Assembly: GCA_964016885.1 (NCBI GenBank)
Contig: OZ024744.1
Location: 48,050,001-48,114,000 of the forward strand
DNA from: Eledone cirrhosa
Lineage: Eukaryota
DNA length: 64,000 nucleotides
Reading direction: 5' to 3'
The notes under the pieces are model-generated. The model was not told where the DNA came from and ran no database searches. It saw only the letters and a program-made list of their open reading frames with translations. Shown here piece after piece: positions 14,701 to 29,900 of this stretch. Both the position numbers and the translations under genes were made by a program. Positions within the stretch are counted from its first letter, which is position 1. Each line of letters opens with the position of its first letter.

Positions 14701-17700
14701 ATCAAGACCAGAACTCCAACCACATTAGACTATCAAGACCAGAACACCAACAACATTAGACTATCAACACCAGAACACCAACCACATTAGACTATCAAGA
14801 CCAGAACTCCAACCACATTAGACTATCAAGACCAGAACACCAACCACATTAGACTATCAAGACCAGAACACCAACCACATCACATTTGACTATCAAGACC
14901 AGAACACCAACCACATCACATTAGACTATCAAGACCATAACACCAACCACATTAGACTATCAAGACCATAACACCAACCACATTAGACTATCAAGACCAG
15001 AACAACAACTAGATCACATTAGACTATCAAGACCAGAACATCAACAATATCATTTTAGACTATCAAGACCAGAACACCAACAAAATCACATTAGACTATC
15101 AAGACCAGAACACCAACCACATCACATTAGACTATCAAGACCAGAACACCAACCACATCACATTAGACTATCAAGACCAGAACACCAACCACATCACATT
15201 AGACTATCAAGATGTGAACACCAACCACATTAGACTATCAAGACCAGAACACCAACCACATTAGACTATCAAGACCAGAACACCAACCACATTAGACTAT
15301 CAAGACCAAAACACCAACCACATCACATTAGACTATCAAGACCAGAACACCAACCACATTAGATTTCAAGACCAGAACACCAACCACATTATACTATCAA
15401 GACCAGAACACCAACCACATCACATTAGACTATCAAGAACAGAACACCAACCACATCAGATTAGACTATCAAGACCAGAACACCAACCACATCACATTAG
15501 ACTATCAAGACCAGAACACCAACCACATCACATTAGACTATCAAGACGTGAACACCAACCACATTAGACTATCAAGACCAGAACACCAACCACATTAGAC
15601 TATCAAGACCAGAACACCAACCACATTAGACTATCAAGACCAGAACACCAACCACATCACATTAGACTATCAAGACCAGAACACCAACAACATCACATTA
15701 GACTATCAAGACCATAACAGCAACCATATTAGACTATCAAGACCAGAACACCAACCACATCACGTTAGACTATCAAGACCAGAACACCAACCACATTAGA
15801 CTATCAAGACCAGAAAACCAACCACATTAGACTATCAAGACCAGAACACCAACCACATCACATTAGAATATCAAGACCAGAACACCAACCACATTAGACT
15901 ATCAAGACCAGAACACCAACCACATCACATTAGACTATCAAAACCAGAACACCAACCACATTAGACTATCAAGAACAGAACACCAACCACATTAGACTAT
16001 CAAGAACAGAACACCAACCTCATTAGACTATCAAGACCAGAACACCAACCACATCACATTAGACTATCAAGACCAGAACACTAACAACATCACATAGTCT
16101 ATCAAGACCAGAACACCAACAACATCACATTAGACTATAAAGACCAGAACACCAACAACATCACATTAGACTATCAAGACCAGAACACCACCCACATCAC
16201 ATTAGACTATCAAAACCAGAACACCAAACACATCACATAAGACTATCAAGACCAGAACACCAACCACATTAGACTACCATGACCAGAACAACAACCACAT
16301 CACATTAGACTATTAAGACCAGAACACCAACCACATCACATTAGACTATCAAGACCAGAACACCAACCACATTAGACTATCAAGACCAGAACTCCAACCA
16401 CATCACATTAGACTATCAAGACCAGAACACCAACCACATTAGACTATCAAGACCAGAACACCAACCACATCACATTAGACTATCAAGACCAGAACACCAA
16501 CCACATCACATTAGAATATCAAGACCAGAACACCAACCACATCACATTAGACTATCAAGACCATAACACCAACCACATTAGACTATCAAGACCATAACAC
16601 CAACCACATTAGACTATCAAGACCAGAACACCAACCACATTAGACTATCAAGACCAGAACACCAACCACATTAGACTATCAAGACCAGAACACCAACCAC
16701 ATCACATAAGACTATCAAGACCAGAACATAAACCACATCACATTAGACTATCAAGACCAGAACACCAACCACATCACATTAGACTATCAAGACCAGAACA
16801 CCAATCACATCACATTAGACTATCAAGAGCAGAACACCAACCACATCACATTAGACTATCAAGACCAGAACACCAACCACATCACATTAGACTATCAAGA
16901 CCAGAACACCAGCCACATTAGACTATCAAGACCAGAACACCAACTACATTAGACTATCAAGACCAGAACACCAACCACATTAGACTATCAAGACCAGAAC
17001 ACCAACCACATCACATAAGACTATCAAGACCAGAACATAAACCACATCACATTAGACTATCAAGACCAGAACACCAACCACATCACATTAGACTATCAAG
17101 ACCAGAACACCAACCACATCACATTAGACTATCAAGACCAGAACACTAACCACATTAGACTATCAAGACCAGAACACCAACCACATTAGACTATCAAGAC
17201 CAGAACACCAACCACATCACATTAGACTATCAAGACCAGAACACCAACCACATTAGACTATCAAGACCAGAACACCAACAATATCATTTTAGACTATCAA
17301 GACCAGAACACCAACCACATTAGACTATCAAGACCAGAACACCAACAACATTAGACTATCAAGACCAGAACACCAACCACATCACATTAGACTATCAAGG
17401 CAAGAACACCAACCACATTAGACTATCAAGACCAGAACACCAACCACATCACATTTGACTATCAAGACCAGAACACCAACCACATCACATTAGACTATCA
17501 AGACCAGAACACAAACCACATCACATTAGACTATCAAGACCAGAACACCAACCACATCACATTAGACTATCAAGACCAGAACACCAACCACATTAGACTA
17601 TCAAGACCAGAACTCCAACCACATTAGACTATCAAGAGAAGAACACCAACCACATCACATTAGACTATCAAGACCAGAACACCAACCACATTAGACTATC

Positions 17701-17820
17701 AAGACCAGAACTCCAACCACATTAGACTATCAAGACCAGAACACCAACAACATTAGACTATCAACACCAGAACACCAACCACATTAGACTATCAAGACCA
17801 GAACTCCAACCACATTACAC
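11740..17820. repeat. Older, more diverged internal duplication, period ~3.0-3.2 kb
   Basis: Marker pairs: AACAACTAGATC 11811/15004 (3193), AGATTTC 12171/15364 (3193), CATAGTC 13001/16096 (3095), GAGAAG ~14640/~17637 (2997). The halves differ by multiple substitutions. Confidence 0.85.
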
Positions 17821-17970
17821 TATCAAGACCAGAACACCAACCACATCACATTAGACTATCAAGACCAGAACACCAACCACATCACATTAGACTATCAAGA
17901 CCAGAACACCAACCACATTAGACTATCAAGACCAGAACACCAACCACATTAGACTATCAAGACCAGAACA

Positions 17971-20900
17971 CCGACCACATCACATTAGACTATCAAGACC
18001 AGAACACCAACCACATTAGACTATCAAGACCAGAACACCAACCACATCAGATTAGACTATCCTGACCAGAACACCAACCACATTAGACTATCAAGAACAG
18101 AACTCCAACCACATTACACTATCAAGACCAGAACACCAACCACATCACATTAGACTATCAAGACCAGAACACCAACCACATCACATTAGACTATCAAGAC
18201 CAGAACACCAACCACATTAGACTATCAAGACCAGAACACCAACAACATCACATTAGACTATCAAGACCAGAACACCAACCACATCACATTAGACTATCAA
18301 GACCAGAACACCAACCACATTAGACTATCAAGACCAGAACACCAACACATCACATTAGACTATCAAGACCAGAACACCAACCACATCACAGTAGACTATC
18401 CTGACCAGAACACCAACCACATTAGACTATCAAGACCAGAACTCCAACCACATTAGACTGTCAAGACCAGAACACCAACCACATCACATTAGACTATCAA
18501 GACCAGAACACCAACCACATTAGACTATCAAGACCAGAACACCAACCACATCACATTAGACTATCAAGACCAGAACACCAACCACATCACATTAGACTAT
18601 CAAGACCAGAACACCAACCACATCACATTAGACTATCAAGACCATAACACAAACCACATTAGACTATCAAGACCATAACACCAACCACATTAGACTATCA
18701 AGACCAGAACACCAACCACATTAGACTATCAAGACCAGAACACCAACCACATTAGACTATCAAGACCAGAACACCAACCACATCACATAAGACTATCAAG
18801 ACCAGAACATAAACCACATCACATTAGACTATCAAGACCAGAACACCAACCACATCACATTAGACTATCAAGACCAGAACACCAACCACATTAGACTATC
18901 AAGGACAGAACACCAACCATATTAGACTATCAAGACCAGAACACCAACCACATTAGACTATCAACAACAGAACACCAACCACATTAGACTATCAAGAACA
19001 GAACACCAACCACATTAGACTATCAAGACCAGAACACCAACCACATCACATTAGCCTATCAAGAACAGAACACCAACCACATCACATTAGACTATCAAGA
19101 CCAGAACACCAACCACATTAGACTATCAAGACCAGAACTCCAACCACATCACATTAGACTATCAAGACCAGAACACCAACCACATTAGACTATCAAGACC
19201 AGAACACCAACCACATCACATTAGACTATCAAGACCAGAACACCAACCACATCACATTAGACTATCAAGACCAGAACACCAACCACATCACATTAGACTA
19301 TCAAGACCATAACACCAACCACATTAGACTATCAAGACCATAACACCAACCACATTAGACTATCAAGACCAGAACACCAACCACATTAGACTATCAAGAC
19401 CAGAACACCAACCACATTAGACTATCAAGACCAGAACACCAACCACATCACATAAGACTATCAAGACCAGAACATAAACCACATCACATTAGACTATCAA
19501 GACCAGAACACCAACCACATCACATTAGACTATCAAGACCAGAACACCAACCACATCACATTAGACCATCAAGACCAGAACACCAACCACATCACATTAG
19601 ACTATCAAGACCAGAACACCAACCACATCACATTAGACTATCAAGACCAGAACACCAACCACATTAGACTATCAAGACCAGAACACCAACCACATTAGAC
19701 TATCAAGACCAGAACACCAACCACATTAGACTATCAAGACCAGAACACCAACCACATCACATAAGACTATCAAGACCAGAACATAAACCACATCACATTA
19801 GACTATCAAGACCAGAACACCAACCACATCACATTAGACGATCAAGACCAGAACACCAACCACATCACATTAGACTATCAAGACCAGAACACTAACCACA
19901 TTAGACTATCAAGACCAGAACACCAACCACATTAGACTAGCAAGACCAGAACACCAACCACATTAGACTATCAAGACCAGAACACCAACCACATTAGACT
20001 ATCAAGACCAGAACTCCAACCACATTAGACTATCAAGACCAGAACACCAACCACATCACATTAGACTATCAAGACCAGAACACCAACCACATTAGACTAT
20101 CAAGACCAGAACACCAACAATATCATTTTAGACTATCAAGACCAGAACACCAACCACATTAGACTATCAAGACCAGAACACCAACAACATTAGACTATCA
20201 AGACCAGAACACCAACCACATCACATTAGACTATCAAGACCAGAACACCAACCACGTTAGACTATCAAGACCAGAACACCAACCACATCACATTTGACTA
20301 TCAAGACCAGAACACCAACCACATCACATTAGACTATCAAGACCAGAACACAAACCACATCACATTAGACTATCAAGACCAGAACACCAACCACATCACA
20401 TTAGACTATCAAGACCAGAACACCAACCACATTAGACTATCAAGACCAGAACTCCAACCACATTAGACTATCAAGAGAAGAACACCAACCACATCACTTT
20501 AGACTATCAAGACCAGAACACCAACCACATTAGACTATCAAGACCAGAACTCCAACCACATTAGACTATCAAGACCAGAACACCAACAACATTAGACTAT
20601 CAACACCAGAACAGCAACCACATTAGTCTATCAAGACCAGAACTCCAACCACATTAGACTATCAAGACCAGAACACCAACCACATTAGACTATCAAGACC
20701 AGAACACCAACCACATCACATTTGACTATCAAGAACAGAACACCAACCACATCACATTAGACTATCAAGACCAGAAAACCAACCACATCACATTAGACTA
20801 TCAAGACCAGAACACCAACCACATCACATTAGACTATCAAGACCAGAACACCAACCACATTAGACTATCAAGACCAGAACACCAACCACATCACATTAGA

Positions 20901-23900
20901 CTATCAAGACCAGAACACCAACCACATTATACTATCAAGACCAGAACACCAACCACATTAGACTATCAAGACCAGAACACCAACCACATTAGACTATCAA
21001 GACCAGAACACCAACCACATTAGACTATCAAGACCAGAACACCAACCACATCACATTAGACTATCAAGACCAGAACACCAACCACATTAGACTATCAAGA
21101 CCAGAACACCAACCACATTAGACTATCAAGACCAGAACACCAACCACATTAGACTATCAAGACCAGAACACCAACCACATCACATTAGACTATCAAGACC
21201 AGAACACCAACCACATTAGACTATCAAGACCAGAACACCAACCACATTAGACTATCAAGACCAGAACACCAACCACATCACATTAGACTATCAAGACCAG
21301 AACACCAACCACATTAGACTATCAAGACCAGAACACCAACCACATCAGATTAGACTATCCTGACCAGAACACCAACCACATTAGACAATCAAGAACAGAA
21401 CTCCAACCACATTACAATATCAAGACCAGAACACCAACCACATCACATTAGACTATCAAGACCAGAACACCAACCACATCACATTAGACTATCAAGACCA
21501 GAACACCAAACACATTAGACTATCATGACCAGAACACCAACCACATTAGACTATCAAGACCATAACACCAACCACATCACATCAGACTATCAAGAGCAGA
21601 ACACCAACCACATTAGACTATCAAGACCAGAACACCAACCACATTAGACTATCAAGACCAGAACACCAACCACATTAGACTATCAAGACCAGAACACCAA
21701 CCACATTAGACTATCAAGACCAGAACACCAACCACATTAGACTATCAAGACCAGAACACCAACCACATTAGACTATCAAGACCAGAACACCAACCACATT
21801 AGACTATCAAGACCAGAACACCAACCACATCACATAAGACTATCAAGACCAGAACATAAACCACATCACATTAGACTATCAAGACCAGAACACCAACCAC
21901 ATCACATTAGACTATCAAGACCAGAACACCAACCACATCACATTAGACTATCAAGACCTGAACACCAACCACATCACATTAGACTATCAAGACCAGAACA
22001 CCAACCACATTAGACTATCAAGACCAGAACACCAACCACATTAGACTATCAAGACCAGAACACCAACCACATTAGACTATCAAGACCAGAACACCAACCA
22101 CATTAGACTATCAAGACCAGAACGCCAACCACATTAGACTATCAAGTCCAGAACACCAACCACATTAGACTATCAACACCAGAACACCAACCACATTAGA
22201 CTATCAAGACCAGAACACCAACAACATCACATTAGACTATCAAGACCAGAACACCAACCACATCACATTAGACTATCAAGACCAGAACACCAACCACATT
22301 AGACTATCAAGACCAGAACACCAACACATCACATTAGACTATCAAGACCAGAACACCAACCACATCACAGTAGACTATCCTGACCAGAACACCAACCACA
22401 TTAGACTATCAAGACCAGAACTCCAACCACATTAGACTGTCAAGACCAGAACACCAACCACATCACATTAGACTATCAAGACCAGAACACCAACCACATT
22501 AGACTATCAAGACCAGAACACCAACCACATCACATTAGACTATCAAGACCAGAACACCAACCACATCACATTAGACTATCAAGACCAGAACACCAACCAC
22601 ATCACATTAGACTATCAAGACCATAACACAAACCACATTAGACTATCAAGACCATAACACCAACCACATTAGACTATCAAGACCAGAACACCAACCACAT
22701 TAGACTATCAAGACCAGAACACCAACCACATCACATAAGACTATCAAGACCAGAACATAAACCACATCACATTAGACTATCAAGACCAGAACACCAACCA
22801 CATCACATTAGACTATCAAGACCAGAACACCAACCACATTAGACTATCAAGGACAGAACACCAACCATATTAGACTATCAAGACCAGAACACCAACCACA
22901 TTAGACTATCAACAACAGAACACCAACCACATTAGACTATCAAGAACAGAACACCAACCACATTAGACTATCAAGACCAGAACACCAACCACATCACATT
23001 AGCCTATCAAGAACAGAACACCAACCACATCACATTAGACTATCAAGACCAGAACACCAACCACATTAGACTATCAAGACCAGAACTCCAACCACATCAC
23101 ATTAGACTATCAAGACCAGAACACCAACCACATTAGACTATCAAGACCAGAACACCAACCACATCACATTAGACTATCAAGACCAGAACACCAACCACAT
23201 CACATTAGACTATCAAGACCAGAACACCAACCACATCACATTAGACTATCAAGACCATAACACCAACCACATTAGACTATCAAGACCATAACACCAACCA
23301 CATTAGACTATCAAGACCAGAACACCAACCACATTAGACTATCAAGACCAGAACACCAACCACATTAGACTATCAAGACCAGAACACCAACCACATCACA
23401 TAAGACTATCAAGACCAGAACATAAACCACATCACATTAGACTATCAAGACCAGAACACCAACCACATCACATTAGACTATCAAGACCAGAACACCAACC
23501 ACATCACATTAGACCATCAAGACCAGAACACCAACCACATCACATTAGACTATCAAGACCAGAACACCAACCACATCACATTAGACTATCAAGACCAGAA
23601 CACCAACCACATTAGACTATCAAGACCAGAACACCAACCACATTAGACTATCAAGACCAGAACACCAACCACATTAGACTATCAAGACCAGAACACCAAC
23701 CACATCACATAAGACTATCAAGACCAGAACATAAACCACATCACATTAGACTATTAAGACCAGAACACCAACCACATCACATTAGACTATCAAGACCAGA
23801 ACACCAACCACATCACATTAGACTATCAAGACCAGAACACTAACCACATTAGACTATCAAGACCAGAACACCAACCACATTAGACTATCAAGACCAGAAC

Positions 23901-26900
23901 ACCAACCACATTAGACTATCAAGACCAGAACACCAACCACATCACATTAGACTATCAAGACCAGAACACCAACCACATTAGACTATCAAGACCAGAACAC
24001 CAACCACATTAGACTATCAAGACCAGAACACCAACCACATTAGACTATCAAGACCAGAACACCAACCACATCACATTAGACTATCAAGACCAGAACACCA
24101 ACCACATTAGACTATCAAGACCAGAACACCAACCACATTAGACTATCAAGACCAGAACACCAACCACATCACATTAGACTATCAAGACCAGAACACCAAC
24201 CACATTAGACTATCAAGACCAGAACACCAACCACATCAGATTAGACTATCCTGACCAGAACACCAACCACATTAGACAATCAAGAACAGAACTCCAACCA
24301 CATTACAATATCAAGACCAGAACACCAACCACATCACATTAGACTATCAAGACCAGAACACCAACCACATCACATTAGACTATCAAGACCAGAACACCAA
24401 ACACATTAGACTATCATGACCATAACACCAACCACATTAGACTATCAAGACCATAACACCAACCACATCACATCAGACTATCAAGAGCAGAACACCAACC
24501 ACATTAGACTATCAAGACCAGAACACCAACCACATTAGACTATCAAGACCAGAACAACAACCACATTAGACTATCAAGACCAGAACACCAACCACATTAG
24601 ACTATCAAGACCAGAACACCAACCACATTAGACTATCAAGACCAGAACACCAACCACATTAGACTATCAAGACCAGAACACCAACCACATTAGACTATCA
24701 AGACCAGAACACCAACCACATCACATAAGACTATCAAGACCAGAACATAAACCACATCACATTAGACTATCAAGACCAGAACACCAACCACATCACATTA
24801 GACTATCAAGACCAGAACACCAACCACATCACATTAGACTATCAAGACCTGAACACCAACCACATCACATTAGACTATCAAGACCAGAACACCAACAACA
24901 TCACATTAGACTATCAAGACCAGAACACCAACCACATTAGACTATCAAGAACAGAACACCAACAACATTAGACTATCAAGACCATAACACCAACCACATT
25001 AGACTATCAAGAACAGAACACCAACCACATTAGACTATCAAGACCAGAACACCAACAACAATAGACTATCAAGACCAGAACACCAACCACATTAGACTAT
25101 CAAGAACAGAACACCAACCACATTAGACTATCAAGACAAGAACACCAACCACATTAGACTATCAAGAACAGAACACCAACCACATTAGACTATCAAGAAC
25201 AGAACACCAACCACATTAGACTATCAAGAACAGAACACCAACCACATCACATTAGCCTATCAAGAACAGAACACCAACCACATTAGACTATCAAGACCAG
25301 AACACCAACCACATTAGACTATCAAAACCAGAACACCAACCACATCACATTAGACTATCAAGACCAGAACACCAACCACATTAGACTATCAAGACCAGAA
25401 CACCAACCACATCACATTAGAATATCCAGACCAGAACACCAACCATATCACATTAGACTATCAAGACCTGAACACCAACAACATCACATTAGACTATCAA
25501 GACCAGAACACCAACAACATCACATTAGACTATCAAGACCAGAACACCAACCACATTAGACTATCAAGAACATAACACCAACAACATTAGACTATCAAGA
25601 ACATAACACCAACCACATTAGACTATCAAGAACAGAACACCAACCACATTAGACTATCAAGAACAGAACACCAACCACATTAGACTATCAAGACCAGAAC
25701 ACCAACCACATCACATTAGCCTATCAAGAACAGAACACCAACCACATTAGACTATCAATACCAGAACACCAACCACATTAGACTATCAAGAACAGAACAC
25801 AAACCACATTAGACCATCAAGACCAGAACACCAACCACATTAGACTATCAAGACCAGAACACCAAACACATTACACTATCAAGAACAGAACACCAACCAC
25901 ATTAGACTATCAAGAACAGAACACCAACCACATTAGACTATCAAGAACAGAACACCAACCACATTAGACTATCAAGAACAGAACACCAACCACATTAGAC
26001 TATCAAGAACAGAACACCAACCACATTAGACTATCAAGAACAGAACACAAACCACATTAGACTATCAAGACCAGAACATTAACAACATCACATAGTCTAT
26101 CAAGACCAGAACACCAACAACATCACATTAGACTATCAAGACCAGAACACCACCCACATCACATTAGACTATCAAGACCAGAACACCAAACACATCACAT
26201 TAGACTATCAAGACCAGAACACCAACCACATTAGACTACCAAGACCAGAACACCAACCACATCACATTGGACTATTAAGACCAGAACACCAACCACATTA
26301 GACTATCAAGACCAGAACTCCAACCACATTAGACTATCAAGACCAGAACACTAACCACATCACATTAGACTATCAAAACCATAACACCAACCACATTAGA
26401 CTATCAAGACCATAACACCAACCACATTAGACTATCAAGACCAGAACAACAACTAGATCACATTAGACTATCAAGACCAGAACATCAACAATATCATTTT
26501 AGACTATCAAGACCAGAACACCAACAACATACCATTAGACTATCAAGACCAGAACACCAACCACATCACATTAGACTATCAAGACCAGAACACCAACCAC
26601 ATCACATTAGACTATCAAGACCAGAACACCAACCACATCACATTAGACTATCAAGACGTGAACACCAACCACATTAGACTATCAAGACCAGAACACCAAC
26701 CACATTAGACTATCAAGACCAGAACACCAACCACATTAGACTATCAAGACCAGAACACCAACCACATCACATTAGACTATCAAGACCAGAACACCAACCA
26801 CATTAGATTTCAAGACCAGAACACCAACCACATTATACTATCAAGACCAGAACACCAACCACATCACATTAGAATATCAAGACCAGAACACCAACCACAT

Positions 26901-29900
26901 TAGACTATCAAGACCAGAACACCAACCACATCACATTAGACTATCAAGAACAGAACACCAACCACATCACATTAGACTATCAAGACCAGTACACCAACCA
27001 CATCACATTAGACTATCAAGACCAGAACACCAACCACATCACATTAGACTATCAAGACGTGAACACCAACCACATTAGACTATCAAGACCAGAACACCAA
27101 CAACATTAGACTATCAAGACCAGAACACCAACCACATTAGACTATCAAGACCAGAACACCAACCACATCACATTAGACTATCAAGACCAGAACACCAACA
27201 ACATCACATTAGACTACCAAGACCATAACACCAACCATATTAGACTATCAAGACCAGAACACCAACCACATCACATTAGACTATCAAGACCAGAACACCA
27301 ACCACATTAGACTATCAAGACCAGAACACCAATCACATTAGACTATCAAGACCAGAACACCAACCACATCACATTAGAATATCAAGACCAGAACACCAAC
27401 CACATTAGACTATCAAGACCAGAACACCAACCACATCACATTAGACTATCAAGACCAGAACACCAACCACATTAGACTATCAAGAACAGAACACCAACCA
27501 CATTAGACTATCAAGAAAAGAACACCAACCACATTAGACTATCAAGACCAGAACACCAACCACATCACATTAGACTATCAAGACCAGAACACTAACCACA
27601 TTAGACTATCAAGACCAGAACACTAACAACATCACATAGTCTATCAAGACCAGAACACCAACAACATCACATTAGACTATAAAGACCAGAACACCAACAA
27701 CATCACATTAGACTATCAAGACCAGAATACCACCCACATCACATTAGACTATCAAAACCAGAACACCAAACACATCACATAAGACTATCAAGACCAGAAC
27801 ACCAACCACATTAGACTACCATGACCAGAACAACAACCACATCACATTAGACTATTAAGACCAGAACACCAACCACATCACATTAGACTATCAAGACCAG
27901 AACACCAACCACATTAGACTATCAAGACCAGAAATCCAACCACATCACATTAGACTATCAAGACCAGAACACCAACCACATTAGACTATCAAGACCAGAA
28001 CACCAACCACATCACATTAGACTATCAAGACCAGAACACCAACCACATCACATTAGACTATCAAGACCAGAACACCAACCACATCACATTAGACTATCAA
28101 GACCATAACACCAACCACATTAGACTATCAAGACCATAACACCAACCACATTAGACTATCAAGACCAGAACACCAACCACATTAGACTATCAAGACCAGA
28201 ACACCAACCACATTAGACTATCAAGACCAGAACACCAACCACATCACATAAGACTATCAAGACCAGAACATAAACCACATCACATTAGACTATCAAGACC
28301 AGAACACCAACCACATCACATTAGACTATCAAGACCAGAACACCAACCACATCACATTAGACCATCAAGACCAGAACACCAACCACATCACATTAGACTA
28401 TCAAGACCAGAACACCAACCACATCACATTAGACTATCAAGACCAGAACACCAACCACATTAGACTATCAAGACCAGAACACCAACCACATTAGACTATC
28501 AAGACCAGAACACCAACCACATTAGACTATCAAGACCAGAACACCAACCACATCACATAAGACTATCAAGACCAGAACATAAACCACATCACATTAGACT
28601 ATCAAGACCAGAACACCAACCACATCACATTAGACTATCAAGACCAGAACACCAACCACATCACATTAGACTATCAAGACCAGAACACTAACCACATTAG
28701 ACTATCAAGACCAGAACACCAACCACATTAGACTATCAAGACCAGAACACCAAACACATTAGACTATCAAGACCAGAACACCAACCACATTAGACTATCA
28801 AGACCAGAACTCCAACCACATTAGACTATCAAGACCAGAATACCAACCACATCACATTAGACTATCAAGACCAGAACACCAACAACATCACATTAGACTA
28901 TCAAGACCAGAACACCAACAATATCATTTTAGACTATCAAGACCAGAACACCAACCACATTAGACTATCAAGACCAGAACACCAACAACATTAGACTATC
29001 AAGACCAGAACACCAACCACATCACATTAGACTATCAAGACCAGAACACCAACCACGTTAGACTATCAAGACCAGAACACCAACCACATCACATTTGACT
29101 ATCAAGACCAGAACACCAACCACATCACATTAGACTATCAAGACCAGAACACAAACCACATCACATTAGACTATCAAGACCAGAACACCAACCACATCAC
29201 ATTAGACTATCAAGACCAGAACACCAACCACATTAGACTATCAAGACCAGAACTCCAACCACATTAGACTATCAAGAGAAGAACACCAACCACATCACAT
29301 TAGACTATCAAGACCAGAACACCAACCACATTAGACTATCAAGACCAGAACTCCAACCACATTAGACTATCAAGACCAGAACACCAACAACATTAGACTA
29401 TCAACACCAGAACACCAACCACATTAGACTATCAAGACCAGAACTCCAACCACATTAGACTATCAAGACCAGAACACCAACCACATTAGACTATCAAGAC
29501 CAGAACACCAACCACATCACATTTGACTATCAAGACCAGAACACCAACCACATCACATTAGACTATCAAGACCATAACACCAACCACATTAGACTATCAA
29601 GACCATAACACCAACCACATTAGACTATCAAGACCAGAACAACAACTAGATCACATTAGACTATCAAGACCAGAACATCAACAATATCATTTTAGACTAT
29701 CAAGACCAGAACACCAACAAAATCACATTAGACTATCAAGACCAGAACACCAACCACATCACATTAGACTATCAAGACCAGAACACCAACCACATCACAT
29801 TAGACTATCAAGACCAGAACACCAACCACATCACATTAGACTATCAAGACGTGAACACCAACCACATTAGACTATCAAGACCAGAACACCAACCACATTA

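Larger units (their letters stand above)
2091..17970. repeat. HOR copy 1 (long type, 15,880 bp between CCGACC markers)
   Basis: The rare variant CCGACC occurs at 2091, 17971, 32572 and 50730. Once-per-unit markers inside this copy are GACGATC (GATC at 4146), TATCCAG (~10788) and GTAC (12352). Confidence 0.9.
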
